Numbered from the stretch's first letter, positions 12,653-28,955 are shown. The stretch is DNA of 60,308 bases from Eledone cirrhosa (GCA_964016885.1 CAXHJY010001305.1:1-60308), one strand, 5' to 3'. Notes: generated from the letters alone by a model not told the origin. Numbers and translations: made by a program.

Positions 12653-13575
12653 TTGCGTGTGTAAGCTAGCACACGCACAGACACACACACGTCAATATAT
12701 ATATATATGTGTGTGTATATATAAGTACGTGCATGAAACCAGTCTGAACACGTTATCCTCTCGCTCTTCTCCTATTTCATATATCGTGATTCCTCCAGGC
12801 TAAATTCCACATTCACATTAATATTTAATAAGTATAAAAACCATATCAAGACATTTCACTCTATCATTCTCATACAGGGTTTTATGTGAAATCACCTTAC
12901 TACTTACTATATTATCGTTGTTGTTGTTGCTGTTGTTGTCATTATTATTATTTTTATTATTATTATTATTATTTTTATTATTATTTTTATTATTATTTTT
13001 ATTTTTGCTCTTACTCGATTAGCCTAACATATCTTACTTTATGGATTGGACCCCCGTCCATGAAGACGATGAATTGTTTCAGTTGTTTGATCGAGAGAAC
13101 AGCCTGCTCGTGACTTTTACATGTATGTAAGTGGTTGGTTGTCTGGCTGAGCTGAGCAATCATTTCATAAGACATGTTATCTGGTCGATACCCCAGGCGT
13201 ACTTGGACACCCCTACGGTCGAGCTCCTACGCTATGTTAAATTACATATATATATATATACAGATATATATATATATATATACAGATATATATATATATA
13301 TATATAAATGTGTTCACTTTTCTCCTAGTTTATTTTACACCTAATTCTGTTTAATTGACTGTATATCTGGGCGATTACGCTGTCGAAATATTCGATAAAT
13401 ATTCCGTCGCAGCCAGTGCGAAGGGCTGGTTTCGGTTATTTGTTGGAGATTTCTTCATAGAAGCCTTATTCTTATAGCTTGGTCTATTCGATTTTTTATA
13501 TGGTTAATTATGCTAATTGGGAGAGGAAATGGTATATATTTTATCTGGTGATTCTATAGACATGTTTTATGATAC

Positions 13576-13621
<46 letters not shown>

Positions 13622-13693
13622 GTATGTATACTAGTAATATATTTGGTAAAAATATCGAAGGTGTAGAGTACTTTGTCCATTGAACGGATTTTG

Positions 13694-13694
<1 letters not shown>

Positions 13695-13726
<32 letters not shown>

Positions 13727-13794
13727 CATATATGTATATATACATATATATTTATTTGTATGTATGTATATATATATATATATATACACATACA

Positions 13795-13850
<56 letters not shown>

Positions 13851-13936
13851 TGTATATATACATATATATTTATTTGTATGTATGTATATATATATATATA
13901 CACATACATATATATATATATATACATATATATACA

Positions 13937-13976
<40 letters not shown>

Positions 13977-14142
13977 CACATACATATATATATATATACA
14001 CATACATATATATATATATATACACATACATATATATATATATATACACATACATATATATATATATATACACACATACATATATATATATATATATACA
14101 CACATACATATATATATATATATACACATATATATACATATA
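13695..14142. repeat. (TA)n array interrupted by CA/CACA
   Basis: Directly visible. Confidence 0.96.
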
Positions 14143-14680
14143 TTTCGGATATATATTTTTATCTCTCATAGATATTTTAAAAAAAATTAAAAAGATTACC
14201 ATTTGATCCTTGATCCGTGATTCAAAATTCTTTACTTACGAATCATATCTTTAAATTTTACGCCACTTAAAAATGATAATGGAAAGTTAGTCATGAGAGT
14301 TCAGACCATATTAACATCCTTTTAACGAGAGTTAATTTAATCCGCTGTTTCTCATGAGATAGGAAATAAAACAATTTATCATCTCCTTTTTAAACGTACG
14401 TCATCATAAGATTATAATATCTGACCCACACATATCTAATATCTTATATCCTTGATTTCTTTCAAAGCTCAGCTTAGTACATTCTGTTGTGTTATGTAGT
14501 ACACGTCAGTCCTTCTAGTGAATTATTTAGTTGTTGTTTTTTGTATGTGTGTATGTGTGTGTTTTTTTATTTCGAATGCTTTATGTTCATATCTCTTCAC
14601 ACCGGTTGCTGTGGAGACCTCGGGCGTACCCGGATCTCGTACTTGCCACTCTGCTTGATCGGAACCTCACCATCCCCGTC

Positions 14681-15110
<430 letters not shown>

Positions 15111-15394
15111 TATTTTTTTCTTTTTATTTAAAAGGCATTACATTCCTACGATCATACAGAGAATTGTGTCTGCCGCCGTCGGGTAAAACGGAATTTATCT
15201 GTTAAGCTAAGAATATTCCATCGCCTGTTGGAAGAGAAAAATAGTGAAGACAATTCCAGTTTTAGAGCTCACATATCAGAAATGGCAGAGAAGATGGTTT
15301 CAAACCTTCTCCTTCGTCCTTTTCTTTTTTCTTCTTCTTCTCATTCTTATTCTTATTCTCATTCTTATTGCTGGGGGAAGAGTTTTCAAATACC

Positions 15395-15615
15395 TTTTCC
15401 GGCAATTTAATTGACTTACCCTTTACCCCAAGAAATGTTTGGCCTTCTGCCTAAATCAGAAACCATTATTATTATAGGCTTTGCGTCATATAGTTACGGC
15501 CCTTTACCATCTGAGTTCAAATCCCGCCGAGGTTAGCTTTGCCTTTCATCGATTTAACCGACTTTCCCCTTGTTTTCAAATTGCTGGCCTTGTGCCTAAA
15601 TATAGAAACAATTAC
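15395..15615 (+). mobile_element. Two tandem tRNA-SINE fragments
   Basis: CTGAGTTCAAATCCCGCCGAGGTTAGCTTTGCCTTTCATC and two GGCCTT.TGCCTAAA..AGAAAC.ATTA tails. Confidence 0.75.
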
Positions 15616-16020
15616 TACATATTTAGCTGGACATTTAAACTGAATTGGAAGAATATATAATTTTGTTTTAAAAAGAAACCATTTGTTAAAGAGTGTCTCT
15701 TATTGTTGTGTATATTATACAGTATTTGTCACAGTTTTTATCACAATTTCTATTTAGTTTAAGTGAATATTAGCTATGGTTTCACATGGAAACAGTTCTG
15801 GTCACTCTAAATCGAGATAAAAGTAGTATTGTGATGGTTTGCGGCTGCTTATTGGAGATATCGATGGTTGTAAAACTTGCGAAGATTACTTCAAAGTAAG
15901 ATCTGAACAGAATACCTGAAGCCATTGCTATTTATCTCATTGTCGAAATAGCATGTGTATCAGGCAGTGCAGATAATGAACTAGAATCTGTGTCCACCTT
16001 CTGGTTAGAGAGGGAGACAC

Positions 16021-16052
<32 letters not shown>

Positions 16053-16429
16053 TGTGTGTGGAGGAGGGGTTGGACTCTAGTTGAAATAAACGCAGGCATG
16101 TTTAAGTGGTTAATTAGTTCGTTTTGGAATCGTGAGTTTCAGGTTCTATCCAACAATTATCTTCTTGAGGTAAGGTGTTTACCATAAACTCGGGGGTTGA
16201 CACAAGCTTTGTGAATGAAATTGGGTAGATTCTACCTGTGGTAACAGATAGGACGGGTTAAGGTTAAGAGTTTTGCCATAGAATCATTTAACAACCCCAA
16301 AAGGATGAAATACAAAGTCGATTTCGCCGCGGTTTGAACTCAGAGCATAGAATGTCATAACTAAATACCGCAAAGCATTTTGTCCGACGCCCAACCAATT
16401 CTGCGAATTAACAGCCTCACCCATGTGCA

Positions 16430-16587
16430 CACTCACTCACTCACTCACGCACTCACTCACTCACTCACTCACTCACTCACTCACTCACTCACTCACTCAC
16501 TCACTCACTCACTCACTCACTCACTCACTCACTCACTCACTCACTCACTCACTCACTCACTCACTCACTCACTCACTCACTCACTCA
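16430..16587. repeat. (TCAC)n tetranucleotide microsatellite
   Basis: Directly visible, about 39 units. Confidence 0.98.
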
Positions 16588-17541
16588 CCATCACACACCC
16601 TCACTCACCATCACACACCCACACATACACACATACACACCCTCACTCACCATCACACACCCACACATACACACATACACACCCTCACTCACCATCACAC
16701 CCACACATACACACATACACACATACACCCACATACATATCTTGGCCATCAAGTTTCATATTTCCCTTAAGTCCGTCTCAGCCATTCCTTGTACTTCATT
16801 TTTTTTTTTTTAATTTTATTGTATTTTATTTTATTTTATTTTATTTTATTTTATATTATTTTATTTTATATTACTTTATTTAATTTTACTATTTTTTCTT
16901 CTTTAATGTTATCGTTACCACGGTAACTAGTATGTTATCATTACGAAGATATGTTTAATGTTTCTGGGTCTAGAGTAGGAGAGACGGAGTCAGTGACTGT
17001 GGCAGTTTGGTTCCTTTGTGTTCGGACTTGCTGTGTATATGTATATGTATATATGTTTCACGGTCACACACTCACACACAAACATTCTTTTATCATTATT
17101 GTATAGTTATATTATATAATGTGGGAACGTGTAGTAATATTTAGTTAAACTTATCAATATAAACTTTTAAATATTTTTTTTTCCCACAGAAGGTTAAAAA
17201 AATTATTAAACAAAACAACAAGCGTCTCTAATTTAATTTTTAGCAGAGGTCAAAGAGCAATCTGGAACATTTTTATCTGAAGTAGTCTTACTTTAAATAA
17301 TATCTTTTATGGAAGTTTTACAGTTATTACTTTTCTCTGAGAACTCCGCTGTATCTGTTTTCACTCCGCTATCAAAAGATTTCTTAGGAAAATAAATTAA
17401 ATAGGTTCTTACGTTTATCTTGAGAAGCTCAGAGAAGAAAGTTTTCACCAAATATGTTTATTTAGTCGCCTTATCTTCTTCATTATATTTCACTAAACTG
17501 TCGTACTTTTAGAAATTTACTGGAAGAGCAAAATGTGTTTA

Positions 17542-17574
<33 letters not shown>

Positions 17575-17822
17575 CTTTATATTTATATATATCTTTATAT
17601 TTATATATATCTTTATATTTATATATATCTTTATATTTATATATATCTTTATATTTATATATATCTTTATATTTATATATATCTTTATATTTATATATAT
17701 ATCTTTATATTTATATATATATCTTTATATTTATATATATCTATATCTTTATATATATATCTTTATATTTATATATATATATATACATATATATATAAAC
17801 TTTATATTTATCTATATCTTTA

Positions 17823-17875
<53 letters not shown>

Positions 17876-17878
17876 TTA

Positions 17879-17919
<41 letters not shown>

Positions 17920-17922
17920 TTA

Positions 17923-17961
<39 letters not shown>

Positions 17962-17964
17962 TTA

Positions 17965-18013
<49 letters not shown>

Positions 18014-18091
18014 TTATATATATATATATCTTTATATATATATCTTTATATATATATCTTTATATATATATATCTTTATATATATATAAAC

Positions 18092-18224
18092 ATTATTTAT
18101 AAAACTGTTTATATGTTGTATTTTGTCTGATGAAGGCATACCATATTTTAATTTGGTATCCCTGAAATATGTATAATGAAATAAATATGGTTTTATAAAT
18201 ATAGTTTCCATTTATTTAATATCG
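18092..18224 (+). ncRNA. Penelope-like pLTR remnant with hammerhead motif
   Basis: CTGATGA (18127) A-GG-C-ATACCA...TGGTAT-C-CC-T GAAA (18164), followed by AATAAA. Homologous to the 60028-60214 arm; stems I and III are weak. Confidence 0.55.
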
Positions 18225-18262
18225 TATATTTATATATATATATTTATATATTTATATATATT

Positions 18263-18296
<34 letters not shown>

Positions 18297-18775
18297 TATT
18301 TATATATATATATATATATTTATTTATATATATATATTTATTTATTTATATATATATATTTATTTCTTTATATATATATATTTATAAAAACAAATAACGA
18401 AACGAAATTAAATTTAACTTAATTATATATTTATATATATATATTTATTTATATATATATATATATTTATTTATATATATATTTATTTATTTATATATAT
18501 ATATTTATTTATTTATATATATATATTTATATATATATATTTATTTATATATATATATATATTTATTTATATATATATTTATTTATTTATATATATATTT
18601 ATATATATATATTTATTTATATATATATATATATTTATTTATATATATATTTATTTATTTATATATATATATTTATTTATTTATATATATATATTTATAT
18701 ATATATATTTATTTATATATATATATATTTATTTATATATATATATATATATTTATTTATATATATATATATATA

Positions 18776-18872
<97 letters not shown>

Positions 18873-18933
18873 ATTTATATATATATATATTTATATATTT
18901 ATATATATTTATATATATATTTATATATATATT

Positions 18934-18964
<31 letters not shown>

Positions 18965-19315
18965 TTATATATATATATTTATATATATATATATTTATAT
19001 ATATATATATTTATATATATATATTTATATATATATATATTTATATATAATTTTGTACATAGATCTGTTAAATATGCATACCAATTATAACACATATATA
19101 CCCTAGAAACGATCGTTAAATAGTGAACTTTTTTTGTTTAATATAAGGAATTGTTTGTTCATTATTTGTTTAATATTTTATCTTGACTCTGTATACCGTT
19201 TATCTTTCACCGAAAGTGGATTTTCATTACATCTCTTCTTTCCATGATATCCGGAATACATTGAGTTCTTCATACGGATTGGACACTACCGTAAACTCTT
19301 GGTAGATTTATCTAC

Positions 19316-20873
<1,558 letters not shown>

Positions 20874-21164
20874 ACCCCGGCCGATTAACTCACACGATAT
20901 GCAGATTAGGCTGCTCAGCCGTTAAAGTGCATAAGGAAAGTATATACTTTCAGACGTTCAGCCATCTGGCAGGAAGGTATACGTTGCTGCCGATAGCTAA
21001 TAAGCTTTAAACTAGTACAGCGTTCCTTTGTCAGTGTTGAACAAATGAGCAACGATGGTTGCTGAACACTGTACGGCTTAATTTGGTATGTTTGTTTACA
21101 AAGACACCGAGCATTATAATAAATGTTCGGTGAATCGATACGTACATATATATATGTGTGCATG

Positions 21165-21227
<63 letters not shown>

Positions 21228-21983
21228 GCTACTGTGCGTCTGAATACATATATGTATGTATACATACTTATATTTAAGTAACAGCCGTACTAAGAGTGAG
21301 AAATGAAATTTCGTTTCATTTTTTCCGTTTATATCTTTATATATTTATATATATATCTTTATATATTTATTTTTTATATATATTTATATATATATATTTT
21401 TATATATTTATATATATATATATATATATATATTTTTATATATTTATATATATATATATCTTTATATATTTATTTATATATATATATATATATTTATTTA
21501 TATATATATATATATCTTTATATATATATATAAATAAATATATAAAGTTATATATATAAATATATAAAGATATATATATATAAAGATATATATATATATA
21601 AATATATAAAAATATATATATTATATATATATATAAATATATAAAAATATATATATTATATATATATATAAATATATAAAAATATATATATTATATATAT
21701 ATCTTTATATATATATATATATTTATATACATATTTATATATCTTTATATATTTATATAAATATATATATATATTTATATATATCTTTATATATTTATAT
21801 AAATATATATATATATATATATTTATATACATATTTATATATATATTTATATACATATTTATATACATATTTATATACATATTTATATACATATTTATAT
21901 ATATATATCCTTATATATTTATATATATTTATATATTTATATATATATATATCCTTATATATTTATATATATATATCCTTATA

Positions 21984-22021
<38 letters not shown>

Positions 22022-22103
22022 AGAAAGAGAGAGTTATTCGAAAGTAGATAGCTTGTTCTAAGAAAAGAAATGTCATAAAATTTAAGGAAATCGATGACAC
22101 AGC

Positions 22104-22136
<33 letters not shown>

Positions 22137-22367
22137 CTGTGTGTGTGTATGTCTCTCTGTCACTCTCCCTCTGTCTGTCTCTATCTCTCTCTCTCTTTTT
22201 TCTTTCTATCTCTTTCTATCTCTCTTTATCTCTGGAAAGAAACAATGCAGTTATTAATGAGTTGAAATGAAGGCATGCAAGATTTCCCAACATTAGCATC
22301 ATTCTTCATAAACAGCCTATATACTTTCCAGCCTACCCTTGTATGTCTAAATCTAAAGTCTATCTGG

Positions 22368-22622
22368 AGCCCGGGAGGGGGGGGGGGGCGCATCAGACCG
22401 ATGGATATCCTGGTTTCTGTTGCATGTAGCGTCTGATAGTACAAGACACGCACTTGGACAGGACGCCAAACCATCGCAGGGTTAAACACCCAGTTACTGC
22501 TGGTATACTGGAGCGACGTGAAATGAAGTGTTTTGCTCAAGAACACAACACAGAAGAGAAGCCAGTCCAGGACTCGAACCCACGAGATTATGATCGTAAT
22601 GTCTTACCAACTAGGCCACACA
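22368..22622 (-). mobile_element. tRNA-derived SINE with CORE-like and V-like segments
   Basis: Minus strand: A-box GTGGCCTAGTTGG, B-box GGTTCGAGTCC, TGTGTTCTTGAGCAAAACACTTCATTTCAC (CORE-like) and AACCCTGCGATGG..TGGCGTCCTGTCC (V-like). Confidence 0.7.
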
Positions 22623-22962
22623 CCTTGTGTATAGGATCTACATAAAATATCGTTTCACCCTTAAAGATCTGTTTTGTAATAGATTTATAGTGTTAAATAT
22701 TAAAGAGATGTTTTGGTATTTACATATTTTTACGGATAGTCACTGATAAGAGGATTATGGAGGGTTACGGGGGGAGAATGATGAGATAGAGAGAGGGAGA
22801 GAGGGAAGAGAGAGAGAGAGGTATGTGAGAGAGATGGGTGGGAGAGACAGGGGAAAGGATAATGATGGGACAGAGAGAGAGAGATGTGGGAAAGAAAGAG
22901 AGATAGATAGATAGATAGATAGATAGAAGAATACTTGTTGGCATCTCTCTCTCTATCAACAG

Positions 22963-23060
22963 TGAGTAAAAATCAATACAGTTACGTCATGATGGATGCA
23001 AATAGAAAAGGGAGAAACCATGAAAGTGTAACATATAAAATCCCCTTTTCTCTGAGATAA
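22963..23060 (+). CDS. Candidate terminal exon C (VSKNQYSYVMMDANRKGRNHESVTYKIPFSLR*)
   Basis: Acceptor TCTCTCTCTCTATCAACAG. Only phase 1 is open, matching exon B. Stop at 23058-23060, with ATTAAA at 23163 and AATAAA at 23216. Confidence 0.28.
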
Positions 23061-23730
23061 TTTAATTACATAATTGCACAAGCAGCAGAGCTTAATCTTT
23101 ATGTCTTCCGGGGAGATTTGTCGAATTCGGAAGAATATTTTAACACCCAGTAGATTCACGTTATTAAAAGAAAGACAAGAATGAACGACATCCAGAAACA
23201 TAGAAAGCTAAGCAAAATAAAATGGACGAAAGACAAAAGATATCTTTATCTCTTTCCTTAATACAGATTTAATGCTAATGGCAGATAGTAACATAAGTGT
23301 AAGTCTTTATCGTCACTTGCAGTTTTTCTGTTTTTTTTTACTGTGTATTTTTCAATGACGTAAGCGAGGATGAAATGAATAGATTGTGTGATAACTGACT
23401 GTTTTTGTTGTTGTTTTTGTTGTTGTTCTTGTTGCTGCTGTTGTTGTTGTTGTTGTTGTTTTTTGTAAGACTATTTGCGATAAGAGATATCATTGTTGTA
23501 TTGTACGTATCCCTGAAACATTTATACGTTTTTATTTCCACTTGACAATGAAGTTTATAATGTGTGAGTTAGAAATCTTGGTTACATGAGCAGAATTTAT
23601 TCTCTCGAAATTTTACCGTTTGCTAATTTAGCTTACCCTATGGAGATTCCGGGTTTGTTTTCAATTAGAAACAATCAGCAATGATTAAATATCGATACCG
23701 TATTTATTTCAAATATTTTATTTATTTTAT

Positions 23731-24209
23731 GGGTCCGTAAATCCCAAGGGAGTCGTATGGACGCCATATTGACAGGAGGCGTTCCTTGAGGCGTTTCTAA
23801 ACCTCGCGGAACTCGACCCTTCTCTATGCCTGACTGCAGCAGATTTCTACCAGAGTAGGATAGAGAGTGAGAGAAAAGGAGGGAGAAAGAGATATAGTGT
23901 AAGAATCGACCCGATTACTCAACTGGTACTTTTTTCTATCGATCTTGAATAGATGAAGAGCAAATATAGCGGGAACGAACACTGCAAAGGATTCTATCCC
24001 TCGTTGAAGGTCGACAAAAAAGAGTACCAGTTTAGTACTGGGGTCGATTCTTCCTCTATATCTCCTTTTCACATCTATCCTTCTCTGGAAGAAATCTGCT
24101 GTATTCAGGCCTGGAGGGGTGATGGACTCTGCCAGGTTTTAAAATATGCCAAAGAAACACTGTATGTCAATACGTCGCCCTTACGACTCCCACAGAAATT
24201 ACGGAACCC
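23731..24209. mobile_element. Head-to-head pair of diverged SINE-related repeats with an extended tail
   Basis: 23731-23960 is roughly the reverse complement of 23990-24209 (CTGGAAGAAATCTGCTG...TTACGACTCCC...TTACGGAACCC). Related pieces at ~2315-2350, ~24980-25260 and ~26288-26390. Confidence 0.65.
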
Positions 24210-25708
24210 TACAATCATATATGCACACACATATAACAACACACTGTATGTATTATTTTTAAATAAAACATTTATAGTGTGTAAGTTAAAGATCTTAGAT
24301 AGCGTGCGGAGAATTGCACGCTGGAAACTTTAATGTTTGTTAGTATAAACTTTATTCTGAATTCTCTTAAAATCATATATAATATTGAAGTGTGGAAAAC
24401 TTGGATTCAAGCTGTGGCTTTCTCTGCTGTCTCATGATATCAACCAACTGAAGCTCCCATTATATTTATTCCTTAGAAATTAAATTGTCCAAGACAGGCA
24501 ATGCATTGTCAAAATAATAGAACATCAAACAAAATAGCTGCGTTATTTAGCTACCTTCCTTAAGATCCTACTAAGATCAACTTTCCTTTTGTTTCTTACG
24601 GGGTTCATAAAATAGATTGTCTGTCAAGTTTAGTGGTAGGTCTGGTATTCATAGAGAAACAATGGAAGGAACCGATCGTCAAGTCGAACCAAGGAAATTT
24701 ATGTTTCAATTGATCTTTCCATTTCTGATTCTATCTGTCGGTCAAAACTCCTGGCAACCCAAAACGTCACCAGGTCTCTTCACACGGCCAGTTTCTCCCA
24801 GAGAGAGGGGGGGGGGTCATTTCTTGTACATACTGAGAGGCCAAGTACATTTTTTTTTTTATCTACATCGAAATAATAAAAAGCTAAGTTGACCTCGGTG
24901 GGATTTGAACTCAGAGAGCAGAGAGAGCCGGGGAGAATAACAAATGCTACCAATTCGCTACCTAAAATTATAATGTTATGGTCCGGTAACTCCTGATAGA
25001 GTCGCAGGGGCGCCGTATTGACATACGGCATTTCTTGGTTATTTTAAGCCTGGCAGAGCCCATTTCTCTCTCTAGGTCTGAGTACAGTAGATTTCTTCCA
25101 GAGAAAGATAGAAAATGAGAGAGAAGAAATAAGAGATATCGAGGAAGAATCTACCCAGTACTAGACTGGTACTTTTTTTATCGACCTCGAAAGGATAAAA
25201 GGCAAAGTCGACCTCGGCGAGATTTGAACTCAGAGAGCAGAGAATCGGACTGAATACATAAAAACATTTTATTAGACGTTTTAAGGACTGACTCTTCTCC
25301 ACCTAGCGGATACATATGCATGCATGTAAGGACCCGTAACTCCTGAAGGAGTTGTAAGGCCGCTAGAACTAATACCGTAAAGTATTCTATCCGACGTTCT
25401 AACGATTCTGCCAAATTCACTGCCGTAGGATTATAATAGAAGTCTATAATAAGGATATTGATCTGTGATGTTGGCTGAAAGCCAAAGATTTCTTCTAGTG
25501 GAAGGTATATCTTTAGTTGAATCGATCCAGGTTTGGATTTAATCTCAAACATTTCGGAGATAGAACTAAAAATACTGAATAGCAATTAATCAAAGTCCGA
25601 ACTATTCCTACAATCTACATTGGGTTTGTGTGTGCGTGTATGTGTGTGTGTATATATATATATATATGTGTGTGTGTGTCTGTGTGCGCACGCGCATATA
25701 TATATGTA

Positions 25709-25901
25709 TAATAATTGTTTCTACTTTTGGCACAAGGCCAGCAATTATCCAAGTGTATTACTGGTACTTTATTTTATCGACCCCTTAAGGATGAAAGGCA
25801 AAGTTAACCTCGGCGGGTTTTGAACTCGGTCCGTAAAGGGACGTAACTGTGCTGCAAAGCATGGCGTCCGACCCTCTACCGATACTGCCAATCCACCGCC
25901 C
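25709..25901 (-). mobile_element. Full-length ~195-bp tRNA-derived SINE
   Basis: Reverse complement of the 28956-29155 type: GGGCGGTGGATTGGCAGTATCGG head, GAGTTCAAA B-box, GCCTTTCATCCTT..GGGGTCGATAAAATAAAGTACCAG body and (ATT)n tail. Confidence 0.88.
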
Positions 25902-26133
25902 TTATATATAATGATGATAATAATAATAAAATAATATAAAAAGGACGATTTGTTATGTCTTCATTACGTTTATTGAGAAGTGAGGCGCGTTTCGCTATTG
26001 ATCAGCTCAAGGTTGTATTTCATGGTGTTTGTTGGTGCTTTTTTTTCTGGTGCAAAACTTATGGTTCCCTACACAGACATACAGACACATAAGTAGATAT
26101 AAAACAAGGATTTTAATTAAAGCATATAATTCA

Positions 26134-26198
26134 TTGACGACAGTTTCGTTAGATTAACAAGAATATTCCATTCCTGTTAGGATAACACATCAGAATCA
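26134..26198 (-). ncRNA. Degenerate Penelope-type hammerhead motif
   Basis: Minus strand CTGATGT-GTTA..TAACAGGAAT..ATTCTTGTTA..TAAC-GAAAC-T-GTC, with a long stem II and core A9 mutated. Confidence 0.4.
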
Positions 26199-26232
26199 TT
26201 CAAATATGAATAAATAAATACCACAAATACAC

Positions 26233-26289
<57 letters not shown>

Positions 26290-26433
26290 CCTGGATAGGG
26301 ATGGGCTGCGCCAGACTTTAAAATTTCCCAAGAAATGCTGTATGCCAATACGGTGCCCTTACGATTCTAGAAGGTGTTACGGGACCATACGGAGAGACAG
26401 ATATACATACATACATACATACATACATACATA

Positions 26434-27044
26434 CATGGTGGCTGCCAACTCGTTTTCGAGTACGGCCACTACTTTATATCCATGTAGGAGAACCCCTACC
26501 GATGCGCTGAACAAGTGTGACTCTTTAGTTCAGCCAGCGACTTGAAAACTCTAGTACAAACACCACACTTGTGACAATTATTGACACATAGTGCTGGGCC
26601 CATGGTACCATGTGACGACAAGTGCAGAGAGATCTCCAGATATAAAGTAATGCCTGTGCCGTGAAGCTTTTATAGTGAGCAAAGGCACTGCACAAAGCCA
26701 GTCCCACTCTCTTAGCCAAGATGATATTTACCAAAAAGAAGAACAAGTCAACATCATTGGATACCATCAGGGTTGCAGGTGTTATATCAGAGTTTTCCTT
26801 CTCCTAGAATTCTGCCTTGACAAAGGCTAAGGGGTCATCTCTCCCGGTGATTTTGGATGGCCATTGACTCTTAAGAGCTCCTTTGCCCTTTGACAGGTTT
26901 TGTTTTAAGTCCTGCAGGATGTCCAAAGTCACCCTCCTCACCAAGAAACCTTGGTAGGGTTGCCAGTTTAGTCGCCAACGACCCGACCATGAGACAGGTT
27001 GTACTGGGATACATGTTACCAGTAGCACCAATTGGTGACCTGAC
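26434..27044 (-). mobile_element. Non-autonomous retroelement, probably RTE-derived (copy 2)
   Basis: About 97% identical to 23-630 with the same termini; (ACAT)n on both sides. Confidence 0.65.
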
Positions 27045-27077
27045 ATACATACATACATACATACATACAATCCATTA

Positions 27078-27626
27078 ATGGAACAGTAAAAATATGTAAA
27101 CCATTCCAAAAATTCTGCATCTAATAATTGCATATACACATGTATAGATACAAAGCATATACACATCCACACATATAACTCCAAACATCCACACATACAA
27201 TAACATCCATATCTACACATGCATGCATGCATGCAGACATACATGCATATCTACCTAGTTGATGTTGTGTAAATTCCAATGAGAGAGTCTTGTATCTATG
27301 TTAGAAACCGACTCTCTCTCTCTCTCTATTGGCATAAATGTGTGAAATTATAAAACCCGAAGAAGATACATACATATATGGAACAGTAAAAATATGAAAA
27401 GCATTCCAAAAATTCTGCATCTAATAACTGTATATACACTTGTATAGATACAAAGCATATGCACATCCACACATACATTAACATCCATACCTGCAAATAC
27501 ATGCATGCAGACATACATATCTACCTAGTTGATGTATAAATGCCAGTGAGAGAGACTTGTAACTATGTTAGAAACCGACTCTCTGTCTCTATTGGTAAAC
27601 ATTTGTGAAATTATAAAACCAGAAGA
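27078..27626. repeat. Diverged tandem duplication, starts 300 bp apart
   Basis: ATGGAACAGTAAAAATATG..CATTCCAAAAATTCTGCATCTAATAA at 27078 and 27378; both copies end GTGAAATTATAAAACC.GAAGA. Confidence 0.9.
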
Positions 27627-27699
27627 GCATCCGTCCGTCCGTGTGTTTGTACGTGTGAGCAGGGCTTCTTTTATGAATATTTTTTATGCCTCTAATAAT

Positions 27700-27886
27700 T
27701 GTTTCTACTATTGGCACAAGGCCAGAAATTACCCAGTACATTACTGGTACTTTATTTCATCGACCCCGCAAGGATGAAAGGCAAAGTTAACCTCGGCGCG
27801 ATTTGAACTCAGAATGGCAAGGGCCGTAACTCTATGCGTCAAAACATGGCGTCCGACCCTCTACCGATACTGCCAATCCACCGCCC
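27700..27886 (-). mobile_element. Full-length tRNA-derived SINE with 19-bp target-site duplication
   Basis: Same family as 25709-25901; TTTTTATGCCTCTAATAAT at 27681-27699 and 27887-27905. Confidence 0.92.
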
Positions 27887-28789
27887 TTTTTATGCCTCTA
27901 ATAATATTCCTCTTGGTACCCAATTATAGACAACTGCCTAAACGAAATGAGCTTTGTCATATCCACGTAGAAAAGTTATACATTTGTCTCTTTTGGCAGT
28001 TACTCAGTGGAATCTTCGGTAAATGAAATATTATATAATCGTTAGATTTAATTTTCTATAGAACACTAATATATACAGTTTTCAATATTTCATTCATCGA
28101 TGTTCGATGTGTATCTTTTATTTATTTAATATTTATTTACTTCAATATATTTATTTTAATGCGGCGGGGGGGCGTATATATTTTCTTCTACCCGTTGCTA
28201 TGTACCTTTTTTCCACTTCAAACTGCACTTAATTAATTTGCTTCCTATTAAACTGTTCCCATACATTGCTGGAAATTAACAACTTATAGAAATTACTTTA
28301 AGATTTTAATATAAAACTATGGAATACATACATTTTCATGTTCCCTTCTAATATTTCCTGTTAATATTTAATAAGCATGCTTCTATAAAACGAAACAAAA
28401 AATCATCTATCCACTTATATATTTGTTTATGGCCTTTAAAATAAAATAAAAACATGTATTGAAACTTGTTTAACAGAATCGATGATGTTTTCGGCAGATT
28501 CTTGCTTCGAATAGTTAAAATCTTTCATGTCAATTTCTCTCATATTTTTAAAAATATATTTTATTTTATTTTTATTTTTATTTTTTACACATTCTTATAA
28601 AGCATATCTCTTGCAAAGATATCGATCATATATCGGGACACGAGTTTCATGTGGTTCTTGTGAATTTGGCAGAAGAATAGAATCCTGAAAAAACCTATCG
28701 ATTGAAATTTATTCAATATATGTGGGCTCTTCGCCTGTTTCGACGACGAGTGTTCCACTTGTTTCAACAACGAAACAGCCTACTCGTGG

Positions 28790-28952
28790 AATTTCCGCCG
28801 AGGTTAACTTTGCTTTTCATCCTTACGAGGTGGAAAAAATAAAGTACCAGTCATGTACTGGGATCGATTTAATCGACTTTCCCCTTCCCCAAATTATTGC
28901 TGCCCTTGTGCCTATATAAGAAACCATTATTATTATTATTATTATTATTATT
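28790..28952 (+). mobile_element. 5'-truncated SINE, long internal variant, with (ATT)n tail
   Basis: Has an extra ATCGATTTAATCGACTTTCCCCTTCCCC segment absent from the short variant. Confidence 0.8.
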
Positions 28953-28955
28953 AAA

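Noticed and set aside
15770-16170. Good donor sites at ~15896 (GTAAGA) and ~16170 (GTAAGG)
   Set aside because: Acceptors are poor and the peptides unrecognisable; not enough support to call exons.
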